Shown: positions 19,213-28,675 of the stretch, piece by piece
Layout of the letters: each line of letters begins with the position of its first letter
How positions within the stretch are numbered: the first letter of the stretch is position 1
From: Microcoleus sp.
GTDB taxonomy: Bacteria > Cyanobacteriota > Cyanobacteriia > Cyanobacteriales > Microcoleaceae
NCBI GenBank assembly: GCA_052279835.1
Contig: CP181291.1
Coordinates: 4,896,001 to 4,960,000, forward strand
Direction: 5' to 3'
DNA: 64,000 bases
Program-made: the position numbers and the translations under genes
The notes under the pieces: model-generated
Seen by the model: only the letters and a program-made list of their open reading frames with translations
The model's database searches: none
What the model was told of the DNA's origin: nothing

Positions 19213-20694
19213 ATGGTTCGATCGCACAAAAGTCAAGCATTCATTGCTTTCCTGGTAGCTTTGGGGATAATCATCGGAAATTTGCTGCTTCCGGGCACAA
19301 ATCTAAGTCCGGCATTTGCTCAAGCTAAATTCAAGGATGTGAAAGACCATTGGGCTCAAGCTTGTATCGAAGATTTAGCGGATAAAAAAATAATTACCGG
19401 CTACTACGAAGACGGCACTTTTCGACCAAATCGCCCTGTCAGTCGCGCTGAGTTTGCGGCGATGCTTCGCAAGGCTTTTCCTGATGCAAAAACAGTCCGT
19501 AATCCCATTAGTTTTGTAGATATTCCTACGAATTATTGGGGTTTTCAAGCTATTCGAGAAGTTTATCAAACAGGCTTTATGTCCGGTTACAGTGGCAGTA
19601 TTTTTAACCCGACTTTGAATATTTCCCGCTGGCAAGTTTTAGTGGCTTTAACCAGCGGATTGAAATATACACCCACTGGACCTGCGGCTGAAATTTTGGA
19701 TGCAACTTTTGAGGATGTGCGGGAAATTCCAGAACCGGTAAGAAATGCGATCGCCGCCGCCGCCGAAAAACAACTGGTGGTCAATTATCCCGCTGTCAAA
19801 CAACTAGAACCAACTCGCAACGCGACTCGCGCCGAAGTAGCAACTTTCCTGTGTCAAGCAATTGCGAAACCGGGACAAACAGCCTTAGTTCCCTCCCAAT
19901 ATGTCGCCCAAGTTCCAACTAATGTCGGGCCGCCGAGAACCACAGAAATCTCAGAATTTGATAAAGTTAGGGCGGAATTTTCCTTTGTGAAAGAAGCGGA
20001 AAACGCTAAAAATATGCGAATTAAAATTATCCGCGATGGTCAAACTTTATTGGAAGAACCTGTGCTAATTCCGACCCGTTCTCTAGTAGACTACCCAGAC
20101 AGAAAACCCAGCGAAGAAGTTTCAGAAGGGCGGTTTTTATCTCTGCGAGTCAGGGATTTTGATGGGGACAAGGAACCGGAAGTGTTGGCAGAGTTGGTTT
20201 CCACCAAGAGCGGCTCTAACTGCTGCAATTATTCGTTTATTTATCGCTACGACTCAGCCATCAAAAAATACACTCATATCAAGCATTTCTGGGGCAATGT
20301 GAGCTACGAAATTGTCGATTTTGGCAAAAATGATATCCCAGAGTTCAAAAGTCTAGATGGGCGATTTGCCGAGGCTTTTACAAGTTATGCTGATTCGCGG
20401 CTACCACTGCAAATTTGGCAATACCGTCAAGGTAAAATGCTTGATGTGACTAAGCAGTATCCGGTGGAAGTCTATACCAACTCCTGTGAACTTTGGTTGG
20501 AATCTAACAAGCGTTTAAGTGAAAATAAGGAGGCGAAAGGTATTTTGGCCGCTTATATGGCGAACCAGTATTTACTAGGACAGCAGGTGGAAAGTTGGCT
20601 GTTATTGGAGAGGGTGTATCAAGGGCGCGATCGCACTGAGTTTTTTGGCAAGTTGCGCGAGTTTTTGGTAAATACTGGTTACGCTACTAAGTAG
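19213..20694 (+). CDS. S-layer homology (SLH) domain protein
   Basis: Three SLH repeats (FKDV..HWA, FRPNRPVSRAEFA, ATRAEVA). C-terminal domain contains DFDGDKEPE. Confidence 0.85.
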   Translation: MVRSHKSQAFIAFLVALGIIIGNLLLPGTNLSPAFAQAKFKDVKDHWAQACIEDLADKKIITGYYEDGTFRPNRPVSRAEFAAMLRKAFPDAKTVRNPISFVDIPTNYWGFQAIREVYQTGFMSGYSGSIFNPTLNISRWQVLVALTSGLKYTPTGPAAEILDATFEDVREIPEPVRNAIAAAAEKQLVVNYPAVKQLEPTRNATRAEVATFLCQAIAKPGQTALVPSQYVAQVPTNVGPPRTTEISEFDKVRAEFSFVKEAENAKNMRIKIIRDGQTLLEEPVLIPTRSLVDYPDRKPSEEVSEGRFLSLRVRDFDGDKEPEVLAELVSTKSGSNCCNYSFIYRYDSAIKKYTHIKHFWGNVSYEIVDFGKNDIPEFKSLDGRFAEAFTSYADSRLPLQIWQYRQGKMLDVTKQYPVEVYTNSCELWLESNKRLSENKEAKGILAAYMANQYLLGQQVESWLLLERVYQGRDRTEFFGKLREFLVNTGYATK

Positions 20695-20729
20695 ATTTTG
20701 AGGTTTTTAACCGCAGATTAACGCGGATA

Positions 20730-20892
20730 GTAGGGGCGGGTTTTACGAAAAATATCTAATTCCAACTTTCAATCAACCCGCCCCCACACAACTAATTCAA
20801 AGAATTTACATGATGATTTTCCGCTTGGTGGGGGCGGGTTTGTTTTAAATCTTTAGTTATAGCCATGTATTGTTGGTGAAACTCGCCCCTAC
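20730..20892. repeat. Two inverted pairs of GT(A/G)GGGGCGGGTT REP-like repeats
   Basis: GTAGGGGCGGGTTT...AACCCGCCCCCAC and GTGGGGGCGGGTTT...AAACTCGCCCCTAC. A related half-copy lies near 59453. Confidence 0.75.
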
Positions 20893-20972
20893 AGAATTTA
20901 GATATTCATCTAATTTCTGATTAGACCCTAAGCTAAAATAAATATAAAGTATTCAGGTTAAAATCACTTAAA

Positions 20973-21647
20973 ATGATATATTCACCTGCACCTTGGAAGT
21001 TGCAAGGGTACGCGATCGCCACTTTACAATTAGTAGATGTTGCACTCGTGCGCCCCCTCGTTCCTGCGGAGTTAGAAATCATCTCTTTGTTTCCCGGAAA
21101 AACCCTGGGTGGAATTTATTTCTCCTCCTATGGGTTAGGTTCCGTAATGGAATATAACGAATTAATTATAGTTAGTGGGATAGCCAATTATGGTGGCAAA
21201 TGGGGCGCTTGGATTTCCCACATTTACGTAGACAATCCTAACTCTGTAGCAGGCGGACGCGAGATTTGGGGACTACCTAAAGAAATAGCTCAATTTAGTT
21301 GGGAAGGCAGCGATTCGATCAAAGCATCATCCCTGGGATACCGCATCACTGTGCGTCAAGGAAACTGTCAACTGTGCAGTCTCAATTACAGTCAACAAGG
21401 TTGGGCGTTACCGCTGTCTTTGAGTGGCAATGTTTTCAGTGCCAACAGCAATAATTTGCTATTTTTTCAAGGACAATTTCAATGTCACACCGGATTGATT
21501 CGAGGCGAACTAGAAATACCTCAACAGAGTCCTTTTGCCCGATTGAACTTAGGTCAGCCTTTGCTAACTGTTGCCTGCGAAGAACTGCATTTAATCGCAA
21601 ATGCGCCGGAAGTTGTCGGCAACAGAGCAGTTGAGTTCAGCTATTAA
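20973..21647 (+). CDS. Acetoacetate decarboxylase family protein
   Basis: Motifs PAPWKLQG, EYNEL, SVAGGREIWGLPK. Confidence 0.85.
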   Translation: MIYSPAPWKLQGYAIATLQLVDVALVRPLVPAELEIISLFPGKTLGGIYFSSYGLGSVMEYNELIIVSGIANYGGKWGAWISHIYVDNPNSVAGGREIWGLPKEIAQFSWEGSDSIKASSLGYRITVRQGNCQLCSLNYSQQGWALPLSLSGNVFSANSNNLLFFQGQFQCHTGLIRGELEIPQQSPFARLNLGQPLLTVACEELHLIANAPEVVGNRAVEFSY

Positions 21648-21743
21648 GTATAAGGAAGAAGGCAGAGGATTGATGTGAAGAATAGCAAGCCAGTAAGCTT
21701 TTGAGCGATTTGAATCTTGCATTTAATTAGGTGGAATTACTTA
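21645..21743. repeat. TAAGTA...TACTTA-bounded dispersed repeat
   Basis: Similar to 8921-9011. Its left end supplies the TAA stop of the upstream gene. Confidence 0.65.
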
Positions 21744-21775
21744 ACTAAGCAACTGCTAAAATATAGATAAAACTC

Positions 21776-21808
21776 AGAACCCCGAATTATTAAATAATTC
21801 GGGGTTCT
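21776..21808. terminator. 16-bp-arm perfect palindrome between convergent genes (likely bidirectional terminator or repeat)
   Basis: AGAACCCCGAATTATT-A-AATAATTCGGGGTTCT. Confidence 0.65.
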
Positions 21809-21841
21809 CACAGCATAAATTATGTAAAAATTGCTAATTTT

Positions 21842-22321
21842 TTAAATGCCAGCGCCCGGAGCAGCTTCTGCACCCATTTCTAAAACAGTACCGCGCAGAA
21901 AATCAATTTGCTGCTGAAACTCCATGCCTTCAATCTTGCCTAATAATGCTTTTCCTGCTTCTGGTAGCTGATAGTCAGCAGGTACGGGAATAATAGTTCC
22001 TTCGTCCATTCCGACTGCTAAGAAAAACCAAAAAGCTAGCTTTGTTTCTGGACTCAGGGAGCCATAAATGCGACTAATCTCAGTATTGGCTTTTGAGGCA
22101 ATATCGCGCATCACTTGCAGTTGTTCTTCGTGGGGCAATTCTTTGACGCGATCGAACAAACCCTGAGCGATTTCGGAACCAGCAGCACCGGGAGCAGCAG
22201 GGGTAATCGATTTGCCCATTTCTGTGTAAACAAACCACAGTAAACCTAATTGGTCGTCTACACTCAAGGTCTTGATGTCTGCTTTTCCTTGGTCGTAAGC
22301 GCTGGTGGTGGTAAATGTCAT
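21842..22321 (-). CDS. Helical carotenoid protein (HCP; stand-alone OCP N-terminal domain)
   Basis: Motifs LSVDDQLGLLWFVY..MG.SITPAAPGAA, EQLQVMRD, ISRIYGSLS..TKL.FW, MEFQQQIDFLR..V..MG. Confidence 0.9.
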   Translation of the reverse strand: MTFTTTSAYDQGKADIKTLSVDDQLGLLWFVYTEMGKSITPAAPGAAGSEIAQGLFDRVKELPHEEQLQVMRDIASKANTEISRIYGSLSPETKLAFWFFLAVGMDEGTIIPVPADYQLPEAGKALLGKIEGMEFQQQIDFLRGTVLEMGAEAAPGAGI

Positions 22322-22702
22322 TTGGGCCTCCAAAGGGTAATTTATTGCTCAGTTTTCTGATTAATTTGGAAAACTGTTTTTACTTCTTAATAAAAGTTAG
22401 CGAATAAATACTGCACCTAGAATCTTGCTTAAGACAGAGATGATCCCCAACGTAATTTATGGCAGTAAAATTGCTAAAAATTGCAAAAATTGCAACCAAA
22501 GAATGAGGCGGATTGGACAAGATTGTTGTATATGCTACTGATTAAGATTGTTTAGTAGATCGATCGGAGGTCAAAAAATAGAGCCCAGACTTATTGAAGA
22601 AGGTTGGGCTCTAAAGCTGACGCATCGGGTTTCATTCAAAAAAAAGGCTAGCCAAAAGCTAGCCTATCATCAGGAGAATTGTAGATCAAACTCTTTTAAA
22701 TT

Positions 22703-25700
22703 TTAGCTAAGCAAACCTGAAATGCCACCGACTGCGATCGCACCTGCTAAAGCCGAAACAACTACAGAAGTGAGAGCCGTACCGAACAACCACCAAGCAG
22801 CACTTGCAGCAGCTTCCCGCGCTTCTTCTGCTTGGTGTTTAGCCTTCTCCTTAAGTTGTTTGATCCGTTTTTTGGCTGACTCTTGCAGCCGTTCTGAGCG
22901 CGACAGAACCGTGTCCCGTGCTCCTTCAATCTGGTCGATAATTTTGTTAGCATTAGCTTCGGAAATATCCGGGCGAGAGCTAATTACAGCAACTAAAGTT
23001 TCCCGATCGAACTGACTTACACGTTCCTTAATCGCCTCAAATCCTGCCTGGGGATCGTCAAATAATTTGCGGAAATCGCGCTTGATACCTTCATAATTAA
23101 GTTCTGGGCGATCCAGGGAATTGAGATAATCCCGAATTTTCGCGAAAATACCGTCTAGTGCTGACTGAAACTTGTCCTGAACCATTTGAACTTGTTCGAC
23201 AAATTGGTTGCGAACAGTTTCAATTTGGTCGGCAATTTTGTTAGCTTCTTCTTCCGAAATATCCTGCCGCTGTGACAGCAAGGCTACCAGAGTCGAGCGA
23301 TCGAACTGCTTGAGGCGATCGCCCAAATTCTGTATCCCCATTCCGGGTTCGCTAAACAACAATTGTAAATCCCGTTTAATACTTTCAGGATTGAGTTCTT
23401 CCTTGTTAGTATTCCGCAAGTAATTTTCCAGACTTCCTTGGAAATCCCGCACAGTTGCTTGAGCGCGAGAGGCCAACCGGCGCGGAGATTTAACAATGCT
23501 GCGGATCTCATTCAAGATGCGATCGATCGTCCGATTGATCTGTTCTTCGCTCAAATCTTCCCGTTGTGAAAGCAACTTGACCAAAGTTTCGCGATCGACA
23601 TGAGAAAGTCTTTCGCGCAAAGCCAAAGCACCCTCTTTCGGATTCTCAAATAGTTTGGTCAAATCTCGGTTAATACCTTCTGGATCTAGTTCTTCCAGGT
23701 TGGTATTCCGCAAGTAATCGCCAATCTTAGTAGTAACTTCTTCGTACTGCTGCTTAGCTTTATCTGCAACTATTTGCGGCGCGTTGATAATGTTATCGCG
23801 CACAGATTCAATCCGGTCGATCGCCTGATTTACCTGTTCTTCGCTGAGGTCTTGGCGCTGCGACAGCAACTGCACCAGGGTATCGCGATCGAATTGAGAT
23901 AAGCGTTCCTTCAGCGCCTTAAAGCCTGCTTGCGGGTCTTCAAACAAAGTTTGGAACTCGCGCTCAATACCTTCAGGATTGAGTTCTTCCTTGTTAGTAT
24001 TGCGGAGGTATTCTTCTACCTTTTGGCGCAATTCTTGCGCTTTCGATTTCGCTTGTTCTTGCAATTCCTGAGCTTTAGAAATCACTCGATCGCGCGAACT
24101 TTCGAGGCGACTGATTAATTGGTCGGCTTCTTCGGGGCTGAAATCTTCCCGCTGACCTAGCAACTGTACCAAAGTATCGCGATCGAATTGCGACAGGCGA
24201 TCGCGCAAAGCCTCAAAACCAGCATCCCGGTCTTCCAAAAGCGCTTGAAAATCCTTCTCGATACCTTCAGGATTCAATTCTTCCTTACCAGTCGATCGCA
24301 AATAATCTTCAATCCGACTCCGTAAATCTTGAGACTGTTCTTGACCCGCAGCAGTTTGCAGAGTTTCCAAAACTTCCATGCGAATACTTTCAAGCTGTGC
24401 TGTAATTTCCGCAGCCTGTTCTGGATCTAACCCCTCGCGACGGTTGAGCACCCCTACAAAATACTCTGGATTCAACATCTCTAACTGGCGCAAAACAGCC
24501 CTAGGAGAAGCGTCAGGATCGTAGATCACATCCCTAAATTCCTGTTTGATTGTCTCTCTATTTAAATGCCAAGGCTGAGCGTTAACCAAATAATTTTCTA
24601 CATCAGCCTTAACAGTATTGAAAGGCAAAGCAGGCACTTTTTCTGCCACCTTAGACCCCAGAGATTTAGCTTTTTCCGTTCCTTTAGCAGTGAATTCCTG
24701 TAACTTACCAGAAATTTTTTCCACATCTAAATCCGACAAATCAGTCCGCGACAGCAAAGTTCCGACTAGAGCTTCGACACCCAACTGCATCGCTCGGTTC
24801 ATGCCATTGCTAGACTCAGATTTGTTTTCTGGAGTTGCCAAAACTTGAGATAATTTGGCATTCAGTTCATCCGACTTCAGCAAATCCGGTGCCGCAGACT
24901 TCAGAAAGTTAACCAACTCTAACTTGGGGTCTTGTTGCTGTTGGTGCTGACCGAATGCTTGCTTCCACACGCCTTCAAGTTGGTCTGCTACTTGATTTAT
25001 TTCATCTTTGGAAAAATCAGTGCGACTGCTAACTAAATCTACAAAAGTCTGACGGTTAACATTTTTCAGAACGTCGCTTCCCGCCAAAGATTTGATATCC
25101 GCATCGCCCAGCAACTTTTCAAATTGACTGCGAATTTCTTTGACATCTAGCTTCGGTAACTGCAAAGAACCAACATAATCTTGTACTGTTTCGCGAATGC
25201 TATCGGGGTCTACCGCCGAACTCAATTCGCGGCGGACAGCGGCTATAGATGCCTCTACAGTATTTACCATTTGGTCGCTAGCCATCTTCCCGCTCATGGC
25301 TGCACCGGCAGTACCCATGACGCCTTGAACGCCGGAAAATGCTGTTTTCATCAAGGAACCAATCAAGGAACCGACGGCGCTAGAACCCAGCCAAACCAGA
25401 GTTAAAAAGTAGGCAGCCCAGATGACAACACCAATAATGGCCGCTCCATCTACGCTAGCAATAGAAGTTAGTTTGACTGCGAGAAAACAAGCCAAAAATA
25501 AGGCTATGTTGACTGTTACTAAAATCCAACCGCCTACTAGACCTTCAGTTTTGCGAAATTTAGTACCTAAACTTTCTGAGTCGTCATCGTCATCGGGTAA
25601 AGCCTCATCCCAATTAGATATTTTGGCGGCGATCGAGAAATTAGTTAACAAAAATTGAAAGCCGAAAGCCATAATCACTCCGGCGATTAAGGCTACAAAG

Positions 25701-25765
25701 AACTGTGGGCTTAAAAACATTAGCCCTCCGATATCCGGGTGGTCGAATGGTACGTTTTCTAACAT
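22703..25765 (-). CDS. Large membrane-anchored helical repeat protein (about six ~98-aa repeats)
   Basis: N-terminal TM helices, repeated YLRNTNKEELNPEGI..RLSQFDRxTLVQLLSQRxD units, C-terminal TM (AWWLFGTAL). GGAGG ribosome-binding site upstream. Confidence 0.85.
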   Translation of the reverse strand: MLENVPFDHPDIGGLMFLSPQFFVALIAGVIMAFGFQFLLTNFSIAAKISNWDEALPDDDDDSESLGTKFRKTEGLVGGWILVTVNIALFLACFLAVKLTSIASVDGAAIIGVVIWAAYFLTLVWLGSSAVGSLIGSLMKTAFSGVQGVMGTAGAAMSGKMASDQMVNTVEASIAAVRRELSSAVDPDSIRETVQDYVGSLQLPKLDVKEIRSQFEKLLGDADIKSLAGSDVLKNVNRQTFVDLVSSRTDFSKDEINQVADQLEGVWKQAFGQHQQQQDPKLELVNFLKSAAPDLLKSDELNAKLSQVLATPENKSESSNGMNRAMQLGVEALVGTLLSRTDLSDLDVEKISGKLQEFTAKGTEKAKSLGSKVAEKVPALPFNTVKADVENYLVNAQPWHLNRETIKQEFRDVIYDPDASPRAVLRQLEMLNPEYFVGVLNRREGLDPEQAAEITAQLESIRMEVLETLQTAAGQEQSQDLRSRIEDYLRSTGKEELNPEGIEKDFQALLEDRDAGFEALRDRLSQFDRDTLVQLLGQREDFSPEEADQLISRLESSRDRVISKAQELQEQAKSKAQELRQKVEEYLRNTNKEELNPEGIEREFQTLFEDPQAGFKALKERLSQFDRDTLVQLLSQRQDLSEEQVNQAIDRIESVRDNIINAPQIVADKAKQQYEEVTTKIGDYLRNTNLEELDPEGINRDLTKLFENPKEGALALRERLSHVDRETLVKLLSQREDLSEEQINRTIDRILNEIRSIVKSPRRLASRAQATVRDFQGSLENYLRNTNKEELNPESIKRDLQLLFSEPGMGIQNLGDRLKQFDRSTLVALLSQRQDISEEEANKIADQIETVRNQFVEQVQMVQDKFQSALDGIFAKIRDYLNSLDRPELNYEGIKRDFRKLFDDPQAGFEAIKERVSQFDRETLVAVISSRPDISEANANKIIDQIEGARDTVLSRSERLQESAKKRIKQLKEKAKHQAEEAREAAASAAWWLFGTALTSVVVSALAGAIAVGGISGLLS

Positions 25766-26478
25766 AATTTACCTCCTAAATTTTCAGCCTGATTAGGCAT
25801 AATGAAATCTATCCCCCAATCTCTGCAAGGGGATATGGCCATCTTTAGATGGTTTTTTGCCACTTTCAAAATTTTTGAATTATGAGTTAGTTACTGCTCA
25901 GTAGCACTCTCCCATTTAGGCAATGTATTCAGTAGGGATGCTTGGTAACTCAGCAATCCAAAACTATCGTTTTTTAGGGCGATGGTTCTATATGTTTATC
26001 ATGGCGACTGGGGTTGATAAATTAATCCATCTAAAGTCTGAAATTAGTTTTTAAATAAATTAAAATTGTAGAGTTCGTTTAAAAGCCGCAAATCCGATAC
26101 CGAAGGCGATCGCCACCAATTATAAATATTAGTAAAGTACGCCACAGCATACCCTAAATATCGTAGAGTGCGCTATCAAGTTAGGATTTTGTTTGATTAT
26201 TAGGGTGAAAATTAGCTAGTAATGGCGATCGTTCGAGCTGCATAATCAGTAGCGTGGGACGGAGGATTACTATTGATAGTTTGGCAAAATATTATTCATA
26301 TATCTAATATATATCTGCTAAATATCTAAGAGACATCTCCTAAAAAGACTTTCCACAACAGGTAGTACCCTTGTTCCACAATAATTATGGGAAAGGTCTA
26401 ATCAAATCTGCCTTACCTCTGATAATATCAGAAGTTAATGTGAGATTAAAATCATTCAGTCATTAAAGGAAATCACCA

Positions 26479-28353
26479 ATGCGACTCTCTCAAATGCTTT
26501 TTGTCACCCTCCGGGAAGACCCAGCAGAAGCAGAAATTCCCAGCCACAAACTATTACTCCGTGCGGGATACATCCGCCGCATAGGTAGTGGGATTTACGC
26601 TTATTTGCCTCTAATGTGGCGAGTTCTCAAAAAAGTCTCCCAAATTGTGCGCGAAGAAATGGACGCTACTGGCGCTCAAGAATGCCTGTTACCACAACTG
26701 CAACCTGCCGATTTGTGGCGGGAATCGGGGCGCTGGGATACCTACACTCAAGCTGAAGGTATCATGTTTGCTCTCACAGACCGTCGCGATACAGAATTGG
26801 GATTGGGTCCAACTCACGAAGAAGTAATTACTACAGTTGCTAAAGATATGATTCGTTCTTATCGGCAATTGCCTACACATCTGTATCAAATTCAAACTAA
26901 ATTTCGTGATGAAATTCGCCCCCGTTTTGGCTTGATGCGCGGTCGTGAATTCATTATGAAGGATGGCTATTCTTTCCACTCTAGCGAAGAAAGCCTGAAA
27001 AAAACTTATCAGGATATGGCTCAAGCTTACAGCAATATGCTGAGGCGCTCTGGCTTGCAATTCCGAGCAGTAGATGCTGATTCGGGAGCCATTGGGGGTT
27101 CTGGTTCCCAAGAGTTTATGGTGTTGGCGGAAGCTGGGGAAGATGAAGTTCTTTACACCGAAGATGGTCAGTATGCTGCTAATTTAGAAAAGGCTGTGTC
27201 TATACCTGCTGATGCCAAAAATTCCCCTTTTACAAATTTTGAAAAGCGAGAAACACCGGGAACAGAAACCATTGAAAAACTCTGTAAGTTTCTCAATTGT
27301 TCTCCTACTCAAGTTGTCAAAAATGTACTTTATGAGGCAGTTTATGACAGCGGTACGACTGTATTGGTACTGGTCAGCCTTCGTGGCGACCAAGATGTCA
27401 ATCAGGTAAAATTGCTGAATGAATTAACCAAATTAGCGGGAAATTATCAAGCAAAAAATATCCTATTTTTGACTGTTCCAGATGCGGAAGCTCAGCAAAA
27501 ATGGGCCGCTAAATCTTTGCCTCTGGGTTATATGGCTCCTGATGTTGCTGATGATTACATTGCCTCGAACCCCCCCCAACCCCCCCTTGGTAAGGGGGGA
27601 CAACAAGACTCAAATTCCCCCCTTGGTAAGGGGGGGCAGGGGGGGGTATCTCCCAAGTTTTTGCGTTTAGTCGATCGCACCGCAGTTGACTTGACAAACT
27701 TTGTCACTGGCTCGAACGAATCAGGATACCACGTTGTGGGAGCAAATTGGGGCAAAGAATTTGACCTACCGAGTTTAGCAGTAGATGTCAGGAAGGCCAA
27801 AAAAGGCGATCGGGCTGTGCACAATCCCGAACAAACACTGCAAACAGCCAGAGGCATCGAAGTCGGGCACATCTTTCAATTAGGGACAAAATATTCTCAA
27901 GCAATGGGCGCTACCTACACCAACGAACAAGGCGAAGAAATGCCCTTAGTTATGGGTTGTTACGGCGTTGGTGTGTCGCGGTTAGCTCAATCTGCCGTAG
28001 AACAATCCTACGACAAAGACGGGATAATTTGGCCAGTGGCGATCGCCCCCTATCACGTTATCATCAGCATCCCCAATATTTCCGACACTCAACAAGTCGA
28101 AGTCGCCGAAAAACTCTACGCAGAACTCAATCAATCTGGCATTGAAACTCTGTTAGATGACCGCGATGAACGTGCAGGAGTTAAATTCAAAGATGCGGAT
28201 TTAATCGGCATTCCCTATCGAATTGTTCCCGGTCGTTCCCTGAAATCGGGTAAAGTTGAAGTAGTTGAAAGATCGACTCACAAATCCCAAGAAATTCTCA
28301 TTGAAGAAGTAAATTCTACCTTGAAACAATGGATTAAGGAAGCTATCCAATGA
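26479..28353 (+). CDS. proS: Proline--tRNA ligase (carries an in-frame repeat insertion)
   Basis: Motifs [64 protein letters not shown]. Confidence 0.97.
   Translation: MRLSQMLFVTLREDPAEAEIPSHKLLLRAGYIRRIGSGIYAYLPLMWRVLKKVSQIVREEMDATGAQECLLPQLQPADLWRESGRWDTYTQAEGIMFALTDRRDTELGLGPTHEEVITTVAKDMIRSYRQLPTHLYQIQTKFRDEIRPRFGLMRGREFIMKDGYSFHSSEESLKKTYQDMAQAYSNMLRRSGLQFRAVDADSGAIGGSGSQEFMVLAEAGEDEVLYTEDGQYAANLEKAVSIPADAKNSPFTNFEKRETPGTETIEKLCKFLNCSPTQVVKNVLYEAVYDSGTTVLVLVSLRGDQDVNQVKLLNELTKLAGNYQAKNILFLTVPDAEAQQKWAAKSLPLGYMAPDVADDYIASNPPQPPLGKGGQQDSNSPLGKGGQGGVSPKFLRLVDRTAVDLTNFVTGSNESGYHVVGANWGKEFDLPSLAVDVRKAKKGDRAVHNPEQTLQTARGIEVGHIFQLGTKYSQAMGATYTNEQGEEMPLVMGCYGVGVSRLAQSAVEQSYDKDGIIWPVAIAPYHVIISIPNISDTQQVEVAEKLYAELNQSGIETLLDDRDERAGVKFKDADLIGIPYRIVPGRSLKSGKVEVVERSTHKSQEILIEEVNSTLKQWIKEAIQ
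27565..27645. repeat. Palindromic CCCCCCTT-GGT-AAGGGGGG double unit, in-frame inside proS
   Basis: Encodes [27 protein letters not shown]. Same motif as the intergenic copies. Confidence 0.85.
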
Positions 28354-28371
28354 CAAAATTTCCGGGAATTT

Positions 28372-28611
28372 AAGGTTAGTAGTAAGGACTTAATTCCTTT
28401 ACTGTGAAAAATTAAAGCAATAAAGTCCTCACTACCAACGATATTTTCATCAGAGCTAAGGTTCGTAGTCAAGACTTCAGTCCGTTCGTGTTAGGATGGA
28501 CAGGACTATAGTCCTCACTACAAACGATATTTTCATCGGGGCTAAGGTTCGTAGCAAGGACTTCAGTTCTTTCCTGTTAGCATGGATAGGACTAAAGTCC
28601 TCACTACAAAC
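28372..28611. repeat. Tandem array (period 86 bp, about 2.8 units) of inverted GTAGTGAGGACT..AGTCCT / AGGACT..AGTCCTCACTAC pairs
   Basis: AAGGTT recurs at 28372, 28458 and 28544. Related copies at 9084-9104 and 30727-30786. Confidence 0.85.
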
Positions 28612-28675
28612 GATGTTTTTTAATCTTATTTTATCAATGGCATCAAATGAATTAATTTAAATTATCCAACTAAGT

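Noticed and set aside
25884..25951. Possible riboswitch or ncRNA upstream of the 1020-aa gene (AGTTAC..AGCA..TCCC / GGGA.TGCT..GTAACT)
   Set aside because: Only a weak, interrupted stem with no match to an RNA family I recognise. It is not a T-box for proS. A covariance search would be needed.
28372..28611. Possible CRISPR array
   Set aside because: The segments between repeats are similar to each other rather than unique spacers. The repeats alternate in orientation, occur singly elsewhere, and no cas genes are nearby.
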